Below, in pieces: positions 13,264 through 23,440 of a stretch of DNA of 64,000 nucleotides. This stretch comes from Eledone cirrhosa. Lineage: Eukaryota. How positions within the stretch are numbered: position 1 is the stretch's first letter; every line of letters starts with the position of its first letter. A model generated the notes under the pieces. The model worked only from the letters and a program-made list of their open reading frames with translations. It was not told the DNA's origin and did no database searches. The stretch lies in contig OZ024743.1 in NCBI GenBank assembly GCA_964016885.1, forward strand, positions 99,820,001 to 99,884,000, read 5' to 3'. Position numbers and translations under genes: made by a program.

Positions 13264-13433
13264 ACTGAAACTATTTACACTTCTCAGAGGTGGGACAGCT
13301 GAGTAAAATGAAATCTCAGTTACTAATAACAGTTAAGAATAAAATCTATTCTTCCCCTTCATTGGCAACACTAATATTTGTAAATAAATCTCTATTCTGA
13401 ATATATCAAGGTCTATCAATGTGGATTAACTGA
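13264..13433 (+). repeat. Direct repeat, copy 1 (partner at 14686-14861)
   Basis: actgaaactatttacacttctcagaggtgggacagctgagtaaaatg...caacactaatatttgtaaataaatctctattc is shared, with small indels. Confidence 0.9.
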
Positions 13434-13589
13434 ATCTTGGGCAAATGTTTTTTACTATATATCAGGTTGACCAATGCCTTGTGAGTGAAATTTGGGAGGC
13501 TGAAACTGTGGGGAAGCCTCATGCATATATATCATCATCACTGTTTTAACATCTACTTTTCATGCTTGCATGAGTTTATATATATATAG

Positions 13590-14080
13590 TATCTAGAATA
13601 AGGATGGGTTAGTAGAAGTTTAGGGAGCTGCTTCCTTTGTTGACAAAGAAGGGTTTCTACCTGCATACGAAAGGACGGTTATATGATGCCTGTGTGAGAT
13701 GTGCGATGCTGCATGGTAGTGAGATAGGGGCAGCAACTGCAGAGGATATGCGACGGCTGGAGCGAAATGAAGCAAGCATGCTCCATTGGATGTACAATGT
13801 CAATGTGCGTCAACGACCAAGCATAGATGAGTTGAGAGAGAAACTGGGTATAAGAAGGATAAGTTGTGGTGTGCAGGAGAGAAGACTGAGATGGTATGGA
13901 CATGTGATGTGCATGGAGGATGACCGCTGGATAAAGAAGTGCCAAGAAATCTCAGTAGAAGGAAGACGTAGTAGAGGTAGACCACGAAAAACATGGACGG
14001 AGGTGATGAGATGCTGTGCTGAATAGGACACGTCCCACCCTTGCAAGCAGGGAAAAGCGGAGGTAAAATGATAATGATGA
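13590..14080 (+). mobile_element. 5'-truncated RTE LINE, family B
   Basis: KGRLYDACVR..MLHGSE, RRLRWYGHVM, RGRPRKTW; short tail cccacccttgcaagcagggaaaagcgg plus (atg)n. Confidence 0.85.
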
Positions 14081-14109
14081 TATATATATATATATCTATT
14101 ATACATATA

Positions 14110-14542
14110 TAATAACAAAAAATATTGTATACAGTGCTCAGGTGCACGACAACTCATCGAAGGTACATGTAGAGTACATAGAATAATGTACAAATGTCAG
14201 GAAAGTGAACAGTGTATGAGTTATGATTTACACACACACACGCATGCATGCATGTATATGGAGGGGGAATATCAGGTGTAGTGTTGGCGAATTTCAGGAA
14301 ACATGGAAGAATTGAAGGATGCAGTGTCTCGACAACTAACAACTGATGTAGGAAGTTTGTTCCAAGCTTCAACAACTCTGAGCATGAAAAAATATTTCCG
14401 AAAGTCATGGAAGCTGTGCTGTTTTCTGACTTTGTAAGCATATCCACAGGTTTTAGACACATGGAATTCAAAAAGGTGCTCAGGGCTGTTGCTGGAAAGG
14501 TGGTTAATAATTTTGTGGGTGTCTACCAAGTCAGTTGCCAGC
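14110..14542 (-). mobile_element. CR1-clade LINE 3' end
   Basis: DLVDTHKII...LF...RKYFF..RVVEAWNKLP..VV is the CR1 ORF2 C-terminus. Same family as 57795-58256. Confidence 0.8.
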
Positions 14543-14685
14543 TTTAATATATATGAAGTTGTATATCTATGTCTGTGTCTGTGTTTACATTTACTATTAA
14601 TAAATTAGTGCTTCAACAAAAAGAAACCAATATGATCAATTTAATCCCTTGAAGGTAGTGCCCCTTGTATAGACACAGTCTAATG

Positions 14686-14861
14686 ACTGAAACTATTTAC
14701 ACTTCTCAGAGGTGGGACAGCTGAGTAAAATGAATCTCAGTTACTAATAACAGTTGAGAATAAAATCTATTCTTCCTCTTCAAAGTGAAAGGGGCTTTCT
14801 ACATTGGCAACACTAATATTTGTAAATAAATCTCTATTCCGAATCAATGTGGGTTGGCTGA
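14686..14861 (+). repeat. Direct repeat, copy 2
   Basis: See 13264-13433. Confidence 0.9.
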
Positions 14862-15547
14862 TATCATGCACACCATTATTACCAATAATGTTGTTATTGC
14901 TACCAAAGTATTGGGTCAACCAATAAAACAAAACAGAGCTTAAATAATGAAAGACTGAACTTTGTCTGCTTTGAATACTCATGCAAAATAAAGTTTGGTA
15001 GATCAAATTATCAGAAAATCTATTATTGTACTCTTCCTTATACTATAATTCACATAGAGTAGTTTTAAGCTGTTAGTCTTTTTAATGACTCTTCTGATCA
15101 ATTATTTGAGTTGATAGATGGATGGATGAGTTTAAATGAAGAGAGGGGGAGGGGATGGATATAGAGATATAGAGAGAAAGACAGAGAGAGAGTTGTTAGT
15201 GAATATAAGTGAGAGAAAGTACACATTATTAGAAGTACAGTGGCATATATTTTTTTGTTTTGTGAAATTCCAGCATCCAAAAATTATGTAAAAGGTTATA
15301 TACACACAAACATATACATACATACAGCCTCTCGTCTCTTACTCCGCTGGACAGCATTTTGGCTTGAGTTAGACACTGTGACCCCAGGTGGACCAGCAGT
15401 ACCGTTGGTAGGGGTTGAAACTGCCAACGGCCGATGACCCTGGAGTTCTGTGTCTTTTGTTTGTATATTTTTTGTAATAATATTCTAAGGTTAGCCTTAA
15501 AAAATTGTTTTACGTTTTGCCTTCTTTTCATTCATTGTCTTATCATA

Positions 15548-15639
<92 letters not shown>

Positions 15640-15698
15640 CATATATACTTAGCAAATTTTTTTCATATGTAAACGAAACTTCCTCATTTTTTTTCTAT

Positions 15699-15729
<31 letters not shown>

Positions 15730-15781
15730 TATATATATATAAGTATATATATATATAATATATATATTATATATATATAAG

Positions 15782-15816
<35 letters not shown>

Positions 15817-15915
15817 AGTATATATATAAGTATATATATATATATATATATATTATATACGTTTATGTGTGTGTATGTATACGTATGTTTGTATATATAT
15901 ATGTATAAATATATA
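15548..15915. repeat. Compound (TA)n microsatellite field
   Basis: Direct reading. Confidence 0.9.
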
Positions 15916-16280
15916 TATGTGTAAATATATATATATTAATTTAGCCCCCACCTTTCGTTGTCAACCCGTCCCTTTATGCTTTCATTTTATTTCCTATCCT
16001 TTATTTTTTTTTTTTTTTTTTAATTTATTTATATCTGGTCCCCCAACTACTTCCCAATTTGTTGTTGCGCATATGTGAGTGAAAGATCACACATATATAT
16101 GAGTATTTGTATTTCCATGCAGACGCACATATACTTATGTGCGAATGTATATGCTTATATGCTAACATACTATTACGTATATGAGTGAGTTTGTGTATGT
16201 GTATGTTTATGTATTTGGATATTTATTTATTAATTTTTTTCCCCTCAATTTTTGCCCGTTATTTTATTTCAGCCTCACTT

Positions 16281-16627
16281 TCATCATCATCATCATCATT
16301 TCATTTTACGTCCTCTTTTTCCCTGCTTGCAAGGGTGGGGCGGGAACTGATGCTGGCTTGATTTCTACAGCTGGATGCCCTTCCTAACACCAACCTCATT
16401 TACAGTGAGTGCTGGGTGCTTTTTTGCCGTGGCACCTCCACGACCACTTTGCAGTGGAATGATAGGGACCTCAGTCCCTAGCATCTCATTTCTACAGCTG
16501 AGTAAACTGGAGCAATGTGAAATAAAGTGTCTTGCTCAAGGAAACAACACATCACCCGGACTGAGAATTGAACTCACAACCTTTCGATTGCAAAGCCAAT
16601 GCTATAACCACTAAGCCATGTGCCTCC
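16281..16627 (-). mobile_element. Composite tRNA SINE, family R (tRNA head, core, RTE-derived segments)
   Basis: Reverse complement of 16796-17113. Confidence 0.9.
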
Positions 16628-16679
16628 AATAGCCATGTACCGCCAATACTCTGTTTTCAAATCCATATTACTATTTCAT

Positions 16680-16756
16680 AAATAAATTTTCTTCTGATGA
16701 ATGAAGACAGACATAAATATCTGTCTTCAAGAAACCACTGGTAAATGAAATAATTA
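16680..16756 (+). ncRNA. Type I hammerhead ribozyme-like motif, probably in a Penelope-like fragment
   Basis: CTGATGA 16694-16700; 10-bp helix II tgaagacaga/tctgtcttca; GAAA 16731-16734; helix III ACCA-C-TGGT; GUA site. Helix I is weak and there is an A-A mismatch at the base of helix II. Confidence 0.55.
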
Positions 16757-16795
16757 TCTTATGTTGTTTATTACATAACTATATATATATAGAGA

Positions 16796-17113
16796 GAGGC
16801 ACATGGCTTAGTGGTTAGAGCATTGGCCTTGCAATCGGAAGGTTGTGAGTTCAATTCTCAGACCGGGTGATGTGTTGTTTCCTTGAGCAAGACACTTTAT
16901 TTCACATTGCTCCAGTTTACTCAGCTGTAGAAATGAGGTCCCTATCATTCCACTGCAAAGTGGTCGTGGAGGTGCCACGGCAAAAAAGCACCCAGCACTC
17001 ACTGTAAATGAGGTTGGTGTTAGGAAGGGCATCCAGCTGTAGAAATCAAGCCAGAATCAGTTCCCGTCCCACCCTTGCAAGCAGGGAAAGCGGACGTAAA
17101 ATGAAATGAAATG
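16796..17113 (+). mobile_element. Composite tRNA SINE, family R
   Basis: A box tggcttagtgg, B box gagttcaattc, core ccttgagcaagacacttt, aggaagggcatcc module, RTE-B tail and (aaatg)n. Confidence 0.9.
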
Positions 17114-17336
17114 AAAAAATGAAGGAAAAAAGATGAAATCGAAAATGCCACTGGAGTCTTTATTTTTTAAATATATATTTATTTGGTTCCTTTACCGGTT
17201 TTGCAGTTCTTCTGCTTTTCAAAAGTAGAATTGAGATGGAGGGTTTGTGGTTTTTCTCACATCTGGTGAGAAAAACCACAAGAAGAACTGCAAAACCGCA
17301 TTTTGTAAAAAAAGCTCACTTGCTAATATATATATA

Positions 17337-17791
17337 TCATCATCATCATCATTTTACGTCCCCTTTTCCCTGCTTGCAAGAGTGGGACGGGAACTGATTC
17401 TGGCTTGATTTCTACAGTTGGATGCCCTTCCTAACACCAACCTCATTTAATGTGAGTGTTGGGTGCCTTTTTTCCATGGCGCCTACACATCCACTTTACA
17501 GTGTGGGCTGGGTGCTTCTTTGCTGTGGCACCTCCACGACCACTTTGCAGTGGGAGGATGTGGGGCATATTGTCTATTGTCTATATATATATATATACAC
17601 ATGTGTGTGTGTACTTTGCAGTGGAATGATATGGACCCCAGTCCCTATCATCTCATTTCTACAGCTGAGTAAACTGGAGCAATGTGAAATAAAGTGTCTT
17701 GCTCAAGGAAACAACACATCACCCGGCCTGAGAATTGAACTCACAACCTTTCGATTGCAAGGCCAATGCTCTAACCACTAAGCCATGTGCC

Positions 17792-17794
<3 letters not shown>
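17337..17794 (-). mobile_element. Family R SINE head joined through a microsatellite to a longer RTE 3' UTR and tail
   Basis: Head 17613-17794, (TA)/(TG) tract 17582-17612, UTR and tail 17337-17580; ctttgcagtgg is duplicated. Confidence 0.8.
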
Positions 17795-17849
<55 letters not shown>

Positions 17850-17853
<4 letters not shown>

Positions 17854-18270
17854 ATCATCATCGTCGTCATTTTACATCCATGTTCCCCGCTTGCATGGGA
17901 TGGGTCCTTCTCAGCATTTCCCCACTTTGTCATCTCCTCTGTGAGCTTCAGCAATTTGAGATCACCATTTCCATGGCTTCTCTCTGCTGGGATGACTTGA
18001 CACTTCTTCCCTCAATGATCATCATATGTCAATACCAATGCAGTCTCCTCTCCTGCACACTACATCTGATTCCTTTTATACTCAGTCTCTCTCTCAATTC
18101 ATCCACACTTTGTTGTTCTCACACATTAATATTGCACATCCATTGAAGCATGCTTTCCTCATTTATCTCCAGCCTGTCCTCTGCATTCACTGCCTGTATC
18201 TCAGTGCAGAGGACATGTGAAGGCTAAAGAGAAATGAGGCAAGTATGCTTCAAAGAATGTGCAATGTTTA
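17850..18270 (-). mobile_element. Degraded RTE fragment with an inverted duplication at its 5' end
   Basis: Homology to 18666-19048; 18206-18268 is the reverse complement of 18128-18188. Confidence 0.6.
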
Positions 18271-18564
18271 CATGTGTGTGTGTGTGAGAGAGAGATAATA
18301 AATAGCATGTATACTAATAAATACAAGAACAAAATACAAAGAGGACTCAATAAAAGTAGTTTCAATATTAGTGTATCATATTAGTTGTACATTTTATAGT
18401 GTTTCCATGTGTACAAATGTGTTTGTGTATTTATATATGCATCAATTTACATAATGTTGTCCCATTCAAATACAACTAATTGTAAAATTTGTGGAAAACT
18501 CGAATGTGAGAGGAAAATTATGACATTATCCACATGTTTAATTTTTATCATTTTCTAATTTCAG

Positions 18565-18630
18565 GAAACTACTATTTGTTGTTATGATGGATATACTGGG
18601 CCAAGGCATAACAGAAGGTTTACAATGGGA
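18565..18630 (+). CDS. Candidate internal exon (66 nt; ETTICCYDGYTGPRHNRRFTMG) of an unidentified host transcript
   Basis: Acceptor ttttctaatttcag, donor GA|gtaagt, open in phase 0, non-repetitive sequence. Coding status unproven. Confidence 0.45.
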
Positions 18631-18665
18631 GTAAGTATATGTAGAGAATTTGGAGTTAATAGTAA

Positions 18666-19048
18666 CAGAGAAATGAGGCAAGCATGCTCCGTTGGATGTG
18701 CAATGTCAATGTGCGTGAATGACTGAGCATGGATGTGTTGAGAGAGAAACTGTGTTTAAGAGGGATAAGTTGTGGTATGCAGGAGAGAAGACTGAGATGG
18801 TATGGACATGTGATGTGCATGGAGGATGACCACTGGGTAAAGAAGTGCCAAGAAATGCCAGTTGAAGGAAGACGCAGTAGAGGAAGACCACAAAAATCTT
18901 GGGCGGAGGTGGTGAGAGCAGACCTCAGATCACTGAAACTCACGGAGGAGATGACGAAGGACCGTGACAAGTGGAGAGATGCTGTGCTGAATAGGACACG
19001 TCCTACCCTTGCAAGCAGGGAAAAGCGGACGTAAAATGATGATGATGA
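18666..19048 (+). mobile_element. 5'-truncated RTE family B
   Basis: RRLRWYGHVM...RGRPQKSW...DRDKWR, with the ORF running into the tail and (gat)n. Confidence 0.9.
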
Positions 19049-19129
19049 GTAGAGAATATGATTGGACTGAGGAAGAAGATGAAGGAATGTATGGAGGCAG
19101 AAGAAATTAAGATGGATATATGTCCTTAA

Positions 19130-19710
19130 CCCTTTAGCATTCACATTACTCTATACATACTATTATATTTTCATGGTAAATGCTTTACCTCACATAATAT
19201 CTCACATAACATTTACATTACTCTATACATACTATTATATTTTCATGGTAAATGCTTTACCTCACATAATATCTCACATAACATTTACATTACTCTATAC
19301 ATACTATTATATTTTCATGGTAAATGCTTTACCTCACATAATATCTCACATAACATTTACATTACTCTATACATACTATTATATTTTCATGGTAAAGGCT
19401 TTACCTCACATAATTATGTCACATAACATTTACATTACTCTATACATACTATTATATGTTCATGGTAAATACTTTACCTCACATAATATCTCACATAACA
19501 TTTACATTACTCTATATATACTATTATATTTTCATGGTAAATACTTTACCTCACATAATTATCTCACATAATATCGAATCTATGAGATTTTGAAAGTATT
19601 TATTTTGAGAACAATACCTTAACATCAGTTTCAGCGACCAGTTACAGCCAGTTTCAACAGAAAGAGGTAGAGAATTCTGGCCAGTTTTGGCCGGTTTGAA
19701 CATTAAAGGG
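19130..19710 (+). mobile_element. TTAA-flanked (piggyBac-like) MITE, family P1, with an internal 6 x 72-bp tandem array (19143-19571)
   Basis: TTAA|ccctttagcattca...tgaacattaaaggg|TTAA; unexpanded copies at 43969-44132 and 23213-23440. Confidence 0.8.
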
Positions 19711-20240
19711 TTAAAACACTTGATTTATTCTGTTTTCTTTTTCTCTGTTTCTGATTTCAAAGTATAATAGTAACAGTTTCTTTGAAATCAGACTTTCCAA
19801 TACTAGATACATAATTTTCAGCTCAAAGAAACATTACTAAAGAAGTAAAAATATAATTAATTTCTAATGCTGCACTAGAAGACACATCCTTAAAGGAAGC
19901 TGTCTCTATAAAAAAATGTATAACAATGAAATCAATTAATTGAAAGCAATATGTTGCAGATAACAGATGTATAGATCATGTCAATAAGACAACCATAGTA
20001 AATGCTGCAGTGCAGTAATAAGTTGTTGGCAAGCCAAGCCTATAACCTGCTTTTAATTCCTCCTTATGACTGCCTTGATTTATTAAACTATTAATGTCCT
20101 CAACCACATATCATTAAGAAGACATTCTTAAAGAGTGCAAAACAGCGCCATGACTGCATCGCGTGAATAAAGTAACCCTTTAAATACTAAACCACCTAAA
20201 ACTAACCCTGGTTCTATGATACTATGCTGTCTATTGTGTT

Positions 20241-21440
20241 GATCATCATCATCATCGTTTAACGTCTATCTTCCACGCTAGCATGGGTTTAGAAGGGAAT
20301 TGTCCCACTTGAAGCAAGATTCGTCATCTCGCTTGTATAGGACTGTCTGGCAGGTTTTCCATGGCTGGATGCCCTTCCTAACACCAACCACGTTTACAGT
20401 GTGGACTGGGAGGTTTTTACCGTGTTACCTACACGGCCACATTACAGCGTGGACTGTGTGTTTTTTTTGTCATGACACCTACACGACCTCATTTATTTAG
20501 GACTGGATGTTGTGGTATCAACATAACTTTACAGAGAAAGAAGTGGTGTTGATGGGGTGGGGGAGTTGGGATAGTGGGAGGGGGGTGTATATTTGATTAA
20601 GAGGTGCCTACTGACTGTAGGTTTCGCTTTGTACATAGGCAAGGCGGGTGTTCTGTATTACTGCGTAGTGCCAAAGATCTTGGTCCAGTGACATTGTCTT
20701 AGAGAGGTGTAAGTGTGTGAGGTCGGAATTTATCAAATCGTCTCATAACTTCCATCAATTTTGATTGCCCTGCACTTTTTTATACAGCTGTCGTCTTTCA
20801 TGCGCATCACGTGACCATACCAACGTAGTCTTCTCTCGAGTAAACAGTATCTGATTCCTCTTATACCTAATTTCTCACTTAGTTCATTTATGCTTTGTTG
20901 TTCACCTATATTACTATTATAGATCCAGCGGAGCATGCATGCTTCATTCCTCTCCAGTCTGCGCATATCCTCTGCACACAATGCCCATGTCTCACTGCCA
21001 TATAGCATTGCTGTTCGTATGCAGGCATCATACAGCCTGCTTTTCATTTTTAGAGAGAAACCTTTAGCAGCCAATAGTGGTATAAGCTCTCTGAACTTTT
21101 TCCATTCCGTTTTGACTCTGGCTACTGTACTTTCTGAGTACCCTCCACCACTGCTGATTTTGTCACCCAGGTAACGGAAGATGTCCACTATTTCTATAGA
21201 GCCATCTGGGCAATAGAAGGAGCTAGTATCCTGTGGGCGCTTGCTACTTATTGCACCTGAGCACCGGCCACATATAAAATCTATGTTCTTAGATAGCTTA
21301 CCTGTGATCCCACTACATCTTTTATGTACCCATACTTTGCATTTGGGACATAAAATGGAATTTCTGCCTACTACTTTCCTACACACTGAGCATGGCCATT
21401 TCCCAGAGGGGACCTGTGCCCTATTTTCTTCCTACATACT
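20241..21440 (-). mobile_element. 5'-truncated RTE family C with PHD-like finger and long 3' UTR
   Basis: 217-aa ORF with CRK...CPKC...HKRC...CGRC, FRYLG, YGSETW and RRLRWYGHVMR; (cat)n tail. Confidence 0.9.
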
Positions 21441-22659
21441 AGATATTAACTTGTCCTCTACTGCCTGAAACAACATTTGCAGAACATTCTTGAAAAGTAG
21501 GAAATAGTACTATGACTGGATTGCTTAAAAAATGTCAATCTTTACTCTGACACTGCAAATTTTCTTAACAAACAAAAAACCATTCTCCAGTGAAATTAGA
21601 ACTCAAATCGCTAAAGTATCAGAATAAAATATAAGCTCTTAACTGTTTAGGTTTTCTCCTCGTCCTTATAAACAACAGTTATACTAGTGTTTTGTGTGAT
21701 ACTAAATTTGGAAAGATATGGGAAATTATGACGTTAATATTTTCCCCAGAGGTGTTAGTAACTTACAAATATTGATTATGTTAATGTGACCCAAAACATA
21801 ACTCCTTTAAAATTCATTGACAAATAAAATTCTTTATTCTTCTGTCTATTGTTAGGTAGAAATTGTCAATTTTGATTAAAATTTATTGCATAGTTGCAGC
21901 CAAATAAAGCTTGGTGGCAAGTGACAAATGTAGCATCTATATAATATTATACTGTTTATCAAGTTATGTCTTGCATTGGTAAAGTTACACATCAAAGAGA
22001 ATCTTATCTGTTATAGTCAGGTAGGAAGATGGTAATGCAATTTCCTGAACAAAAAAACAAAAAACAAATGAAAATGGTATTTATATTTTCTTTAACTCAA
22101 TGGATAAATTAATCTAATATCTTTAAATAATTGTTTAAATCCATGATTATTTATTAGAAATGCTCACAAAACTAATATGTTTCAATAATTATTTAAATCC
22201 ATCATTAGGAAAGGTGTAATCCTACATAAACCCAATTTAATATGAGTCTGATTGTGTGCAATGAATACCAAAGTCTCATTTCTTTCTTTATTTCCACACT
22301 TTCACAGCAATTCAAACATACTTTTATCACCTTTTATCACATGAATACTTTATAGTATCAATAGAGTCCACTATTTACTTTATTGTTATTGAGTACTTTT
22401 GTTCCTTTATAATTTCGATTTCAAAGAAAATACCTTCATCTTTACTTTTAATACGGCAAAAGACTTTTACTTTCATGAGGCCTTGGAAATGAAGAAGTGA
22501 CAAAACCTAATTCTTTTGGTATCAAATCATTCTAAACTGCTCATGGTTCTATGATAGAAAACGGCTTATTTTCAACTGTTTATATTTATCTAAAATCCTT
22601 CCATCATAATTTTATGTAAAACCCTTTGCTAAGTTACATGCTAAATACCAGCTGAATAA

Positions 22660-22835
22660 TGGTTTCTGATATAGGTACAAGGCCAACAATTTGGGGTGGG
22701 GTGGGGGGTAAGTCGATTAAATTGACCCCAGTGTGTTACTGGTACTTTATTTTATCGACCTTGTAAAGATGAAAGTTAAAGGAACATAACTCTATGCTGC
22801 GAATCATGGTGTTCGACGCTTTACTGATACTGCCC
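22660..22835 (-). mobile_element. SINE family M inserted in a P2 MITE
   Basis: Core present; TSD taccagct.aataatg. Confidence 0.7.
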
Positions 22836-23062
22836 TCTACCAGCTTAATAATGACAAAGATAATTATATTACTAAATCACCTCCAAATTCTTAATTGTTT
22901 TCAAAATAAGTTAAAAATCATAGGTAGTGTGTTTCATTTGAAAATATAAGAAAAGGGTTATGAAGATATATAAATTTATGCATAAAATTCAAAATATATA
23001 AACTATGGGGTTTCCATGAGTGCTGCTCTGACTATTTCAACTGTTATTCTTATCTCTTACAG

Positions 23063-23093
23063 TTAAATAGACAAACAGTAAGATGCAATGAAG
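23063..23093 (+). CDS. Candidate 31-nt exon (LNRQTVRCNE)
   Basis: Branch-like ctgac at 23028, acceptor tcttatctcttacag, donor AAG|gtattc. Confidence 0.3.
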
Positions 23094-23212
23094 GTATTCC
23101 TGTTTCTTGTTATCAATTATTTTTTTAATCTTTTTTCACTTCTGTAAATTTTATTCTCACCTTAACTTTTAACATCTTGCAATGGTTTAGTAGAAAATAT
23201 CAAAACACGTTT

Positions 23213-23440
23213 CTTATCCCTAGCATTTAAACCAGCCATATCCAGCTATAATTCTTTCACCCCCTTCTATTCAAACTGTCTGTAACTGGCTGCTCATACT
23301 GACGTTAAGGTATTGTTCTCAAAATAAATACCATCAAAATCTCAAAGATTCCATATTATGTGAGATAATCATGTAAGATAAAGCCTTTATCACAAAAATA
23401 CAATAGTATATATAGAGTAATGTAAATGTTAAAGGGTTAA
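23213..23440 (-). mobile_element. MITE family P1
   Basis: Reverse complement of the 19130/43969 element; ends aaagggttaa. Confidence 0.7.

Noticed and set aside
15434-16078. YI/CV/HT-rich ORFs here and at 9853, 39940-41060, 45071-45492 and 57115-57473
   Set aside because: Translations of (TA)n, (TG)n and (CA)n microsatellites.
16796-16870. tRNA gene
   Set aside because: A and B boxes are present, but there is no complete acceptor stem and the sequence continues into a SINE core.
19173-19571. 132-aa ORF with a 24-aa repeat
   Set aside because: By-product of the 72-bp array inside a MITE.
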